This document shows, piece after piece, positions 55,413-58,821 of a stretch of 58,821 nt of DNA. Source of the DNA: a virus. Lineage: Duplodnaviria > Caudoviricetes. The position numbers and the translations under genes are program-made. The notes beneath the pieces are model-generated. The model was not told the DNA's origin, made no database searches, and saw only the letters and a list, made by a program, of their open reading frames with translations. Each line of letters opens with the position of its first letter. Position 1 is the first letter of the stretch. Where the stretch lies: IMG/VR virus record IMGVR_UViG_3300022719_000175, positions 1 through 58,821 of that record. The stretch is one strand, 5' to 3'.

Positions 55413-55876
55413 ACATTTTCGTCACCAGCGGCAGCGCCTTCTCCTGCGCCAAGGTCTTGGACGACAAGCGCGTCGTCAAGATGGTGCTCGAGACGGCCCA
55501 GATGCTGTCCACCGCCATCACGGAGCACGGCGGGGAAGGCTTCTACAAGCCCACCCACGTCAACCACCCGTGCTCCCGGTGGGTCAGAGAGACGCGGGGC
55601 AACTACTGGTGGACCGTGCTTCACTTCCACGCCCTGCTGTCGGAGTACTCGCGCCGATACCTGCGGACGCACAAGTGCTCGAACCACTTTCTGGCCGCCG
55701 TTCGCGGCGGCCTGTTCATCCCGGAAGGCTCGCGCACGCCCTTCGTCGACTGCTCCGGGCAAAGCGAAGGGGATGTTTTCGACAACTACTGGGCCTGCCT
55801 GCGTCACAAGTGGGCCAACGACAAGACACCGCCTACGAGGTATAGAGAAAGGATCACACATGCCGCCTCGCTGTAG
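55409..55876 (+). CDS. denV: Pyrimidine dimer DNA glycosylase/endonuclease V-like
   Basis: MNIF......A..LDDKRVVKM.LE.AQMLSTA...YKPTH.NHPC..W pattern. Confidence 0.8.
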   Translation: MNIFVTSGSAFSCAKVLDDKRVVKMVLETAQMLSTAITEHGGEGFYKPTHVNHPCSRWVRETRGNYWWTVLHFHALLSEYSRRYLRTHKCSNHFLAAVRGGLFIPEGSRTPFVDCSGQSEGDVFDNYWACLRHKWANDKTPPTRYRERITHAASL

Positions 55877-56023
55877 CGCCTGCGGACGTCCCCACGTGCC
55901 CTCGCCGCTCGGGAACGGCCGCTACGTCAAGGACTGCACCTGCCGCAAGCTCTCCAAGTCCGAGGCGCTCAAGTGGCTTCGGGTGGACAAGAGCGAGCGT
56001 GCCTTCTACGAAAGAGTCAACCG

Positions 56024-56440
56024 ATGAAACACGTCGAGGCGTTCTACGACGGCCACACCATCAGGATCTCCGACGTGGGCGACGAAGACTGCTCCAAGGC
56101 GTTTCACGAGGTCACGCTGCCCAACGGGGACATAGCGGTCGCAGACATCACGCCGTACGACTGGACCGTCGAGACGGTCATCGCGTGGATCACCGCGGGG
56201 TACCCGCAACGGCAGGGCGTTGGCCCCCTCCACCGAAACGACCTGTACAAGATCGCGCTCCGGCGCGTCGCAACCCCACAGGGGCTCGGGACGTTCTGCT
56301 TCAAATTTTCCTGTGGAGTTTTCAAGGGCCAGCGCTACGGGCAGGCCTTCTGCAACTTCTTCAATCTGACGTACCCGGAACTTTTCTACGCAACGAATGC
56401 ACAGGCCGGCGGCATCATCGCCGAGGCCTTGGAAGGATGA
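56024..56440 (+). CDS. Hypothetical protein
   Basis: QRYGQAFCNFF...YPELFY pattern seen in phage proteins. Confidence 0.55.
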   Translation: MKHVEAFYDGHTIRISDVGDEDCSKAFHEVTLPNGDIAVADITPYDWTVETVIAWITAGYPQRQGVGPLHRNDLYKIALRRVATPQGLGTFCFKFSCGVFKGQRYGQAFCNFFNLTYPELFYATNAQAGGIIAEALEG

Positions 56441-56444
56441 AACC

Positions 56445-56996
56445 ATGAAGTACCTCGCAATCCTCACGCTCCTCGTGTCCGTCGGCTGCGCCGCCCAGGA
56501 TCGCCGCGCCGCCTCGCTCGGCGTCCTGACGGACGGCGACAACGCGATTCTCCAAGGCCGCTACGCGACCTTCGAGAAGGACAAGGTCGGCTTCTTCGCC
56601 TCGCTCGGCGCGGGCGGGACTCCGACCTCCACCGACGAATTCGGCAAGGACACCGGTCCGTTCGTCCCCGGCCCGGAGAGTGCGGCCTCGACTCGCTCCG
56701 ATGACTCCGCTTTCGCGATCGGTGCAGCGGGCGGCGTGACCTACCAGCCGCTCGACCAGGTCGCGCTCGTCCTCGGAATGAGTCTCTACGGCGAGCAGGC
56801 GACCCAGGAGTACCGTTACACGACCCCGTTCTCGGGATCCGGCCGGTACCACACCGACGGGGACATCGAGACGAAGGTCGGCATCGTCGTCGGCGTTGAT
56901 TTCTTCAACAGCTCCGACTGGACCCTCGGTGTCCTCTACGACTCCGCACCGGGCGACGATGGCATGTTCGGCCTCACCATCGGGTACTCGTTCTAA
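56445..56996 (+). CDS. Putative outer-membrane beta-barrel protein (Lom/Ail-like), possibly lipidated
   Basis: Signal peptide with SVGC; alternating beta-strands; C-terminal beta-signal FGLTIGYSF. Confidence 0.7.
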   Translation: MKYLAILTLLVSVGCAAQDRRAASLGVLTDGDNAILQGRYATFEKDKVGFFASLGAGGTPTSTDEFGKDTGPFVPGPESAASTRSDDSAFAIGAAGGVTYQPLDQVALVLGMSLYGEQATQEYRYTTPFSGSGRYHTDGDIETKVGIVVGVDFFNSSDWTLGVLYDSAPGDDGMFGLTIGYSF

Positions 56997-57009
56997 TGGA
57001 GAAGGATGC

Positions 57010-57261
57010 ATGATGTGCGAAATCTGTGGTGGATCCGGCAAGGTCGACGCAATCGAGACCGCGCGCGGCTGGCGCTGCCGCGGCCTGAACGGAGAAGCGA
57101 AATGCAACCGACCGAAGAATGTCCAAAACCGCTTCGACGGAGCACTCGGAATGGTCCGCGTCGGCCAGGCAGACTGCCCTCTCTGCACCCGCCGGACCAT
57201 CGAAAAGACCTCGACGGACGACCACGGCTGGACCGTGCCGTTCGACTCGGAGGCGTTGTGA
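57010..57261 (+). CDS. Small Zn-finger protein
   Basis: CEICGGSG...CPLC. Confidence 0.5.
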   Translation: MMCEICGGSGKVDAIETARGWRCRGLNGEAKCNRPKNVQNRFDGALGMVRVGQADCPLCTRRTIEKTSTDDHGWTVPFDSEAL

Positions 57262-57339
57262 GCGTCTGCCGGCGCGGCCAAGAGAAACAAGAAATTTCTG
57301 CGAGCTGGTGGTTCGCGCTCCTAGAGCAGGCGGTATGAT

Positions 57340-57483
57340 ATGAGGGTCGCCAAGAGTTTCTCGCTCAGCGTCGAAACAGCGGCCGAGCTCGTCAGGCGAG
57401 CCAAGGCCGAAGGCGTTCCGGTCTCGCACCTGCTTGAGCGCATTCTCAAGGAAAGGTTCAAAGATGTCCGACGCAATGACTGA
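57340..57483 (+). CDS. Ribbon-helix-helix (CopG-like) DNA-binding protein
   Basis: MRVAKSFSLSVETAAELVRRAKAEGVPVSHLLERIL; translated by hand, not in the ORF track. Confidence 0.6.
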   Translation: MRVAKSFSLSVETAAELVRRAKAEGVPVSHLLERILKERFKDVRRND

Positions 57484-57736
57484 GGAGTACCGCCGCCAGA
57501 AGAACGTGGTGTACAAGCCGCCGCACTACCGCAAGCACCCGAGCGGTGTCGAGTGCATCGAAATCTCGCAGCACTTCAGCTTCAATCTGGGCAACGCGCT
57601 CAAGTACATCTGGCGAGCCGACCACAAACACGGCGACGGCGGTCTCGAGGACCTTCGCAAGGCTGAATTCTACATCAAGCAGGAAATCCACAAGCGACAG
57701 GGCGGACAAGGCGCCCACAACCGGGACGGAGCATAG
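57464..57736 (+). CDS. DUF3310 family protein
   Basis: V..PPHY....GVECIEI....FNLGNALKYIWRA..K...EDLRKA..Y pattern. Confidence 0.88.
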   Translation: MSDAMTEEYRRQKNVVYKPPHYRKHPSGVECIEISQHFSFNLGNALKYIWRADHKHGDGGLEDLRKAEFYIKQEIHKRQGGQGAHNRDGA

Positions 57737-58131
57737 CGTGGCCTCCATCAGAGGCACCCACCGCGGCCACGGACGACTGTGCGATCATTGTTCGCAGCTC
57801 GACAAAGGCGGGCGCTTCTAGGAGACGCCATAAAGCTCACCGACGCGAACAGCCAGTGAAAAGCGGAAGGAAGGAGTCAGCGGTGCGGCCGAAGATGCTG
57901 AATGAGCGTGACCCGCTCGCGATGGGGCTGGACCGGGCCAGGGACATGGCGGCCGAGTTACAGTCCGCCGACCCCGAATGGAAGTACGTCGTCCAAGACA
58001 ACCCCCTCGGTCGGCCGCTCGGGACGTACGCTGTCGCGGTTTACGAGCAAGACGACACCTTTGTCGGTTACTGGACGACCTAGACGGGGCCGGGCGATAG
58101 GGCTCGGCCCCAAGAAAACGGAGGAGGATGC

Positions 58132-58389
58132 ATGAAGCGCATCGTAGAGGTCACGGGCGAGTCGGGTTTCGAGTCGATGCTCGGTGCACAGATCCAGGTG
58201 TGGTGCGGCGTGTACATTTACGCCGGCACCTTGACGGGCGTGAACGACGACCACATCGAGCTTTCGGACGCGTCGGTCGTGTACGAGACGGGCCCGCTGT
58301 CGAGCAGCGAGTACCAGGACGCGCAACCGTACCCCGGCGTGTTGCGGGTCATGCTCCACGCGATCGAGTCGTGGGGTGACGGACGCTAG
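58132..58389 (+). CDS. Small Sm/SH3-like beta protein
   Basis: YIYAGTLTGVND..IEL.DA.VVYETG pattern; strong RBS GGAGG. Confidence 0.65.
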   Translation: MKRIVEVTGESGFESMLGAQIQVWCGVYIYAGTLTGVNDDHIELSDASVVYETGPLSSSEYQDAQPYPGVLRVMLHAIESWGDGR

Positions 58390-58479
58390 AGCGGATCCCG
58401 AAACGGCCCAACGCGGGCCGTCGGTCGGCGGGTGGCTCCCCCGGCCCTGACGAGGGAAGCCGACGGAAGGAAGACGCAC

Positions 58480-58629
58480 ATGGGGACCAAGAGGAGCAAG
58501 CAACGCTCGAACTCGCGGTCGGTGTCGCGGTCGTGTTTGGGGTCGCGGTCGGGGCCATGGTCGTGGTCGGTGTCGTGGTCGTGTTTGGGATCGCGTTCGC
58601 GGTCGCGGGCGCGGTCGCGGTCGGGCTAG
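58480..58629 (+). CDS. Ser/Arg/Trp dipeptide-repeat peptide
   Basis: TCGCGG/TCGTGG hexamer repeats encoding SRSVSRS...SWSVSWS...SRSRSRARSRSG. Confidence 0.4.
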   Translation: MGTKRSKQRSNSRSVSRSCLGSRSGPWSWSVSWSCLGSRSRSRARSRSG

Positions 58630-58675
58630 GCGAGGAGCGAGGAATGAGACACGGGCACGAACTGGAGGAGGAAGC

Positions 58676-58821
58676 ATGAGAAGCGGATACGCCCACGACT
58701 TCTGCGGCGACGAGCTTGAGCTCGGACGATGGCGCGGTCAGGTAGCGTCATCCTTGCGCGGCAAGCGCGGGCAGCGGTTCTTGCGCGATCTCATCGATGC
58801 CCTCGACGCGATGCCCGAAAA
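58676..58821 (+). CDS. 5' part of the gene completed at 60-428
   Basis: ATG 58676 with RBS GGAGGAGG; in frame across the junction. Confidence 0.8.
   Translation, partial: MRSGYAHDFCGDELELGRWRGQVASSLRGKRGQRFLRDLIDALDAMPE
58695..58821. repeat. Terminal direct repeat, copy 2 (circular assembly overlap)
   Basis: Identical to 1-127. Confidence 0.95.

Overview
This window is a complete, circularly assembled tailed-phage genome. Bases 1-127 are repeated exactly at 58695-58821 (a typical k=127 assembler overlap), so the unique length is 58,694 bp. It is GC-rich and almost entirely coded on the + strand. The gene set is siphovirus-like and resembles YuA/M6/phiJL001-type phages. Morphogenesis runs from 6.7 to 32.6 kb: TerS, TerL, portal, MuF-like protein, scaffold, major capsid, neck, tail tube, frameshifted tail chaperones, a short tape measure and tail-tip proteins. 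Replication and nucleotide metabolism run from 38.3 to 52.6 kb: SNF2 helicase, RecD/Dda-like helicase, class II RNR, ThyX, a ThyA-family enzyme, a dNTP pyrophosphatase, PolA, dCTP deaminase, a nuclease and a primase-helicase. Accessory/early regions fill the rest. I recognised no integrase, repressor cassette, tRNA, CRISPR array or peptidoglycan endolysin. Three dockerin-like exported proteins suggest a Planctomycetota-like host (inference). The most notable observations are: (1) a candidate lysis cassette of holin-like protein, lipoprotein and membrane-anchored trypsin-like protease, with no recognisable endolysin; (2) a ThyA-family enzyme with Asp at the pyrimidine-specificity position sitting beside ThyX, predicting cytosine-modified DNA; (3) two near-antipodal, inverted, homologous origin-like non-coding regions that bracket the virion module; (4) a duplicated sigma-54-type promoter module with palindromic upstream sites, one copy apparently driving a leaderless mRNA; (5) dockerin-bearing surface proteins. 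All family assignments come from motif recognition by eye; no database searches were run.
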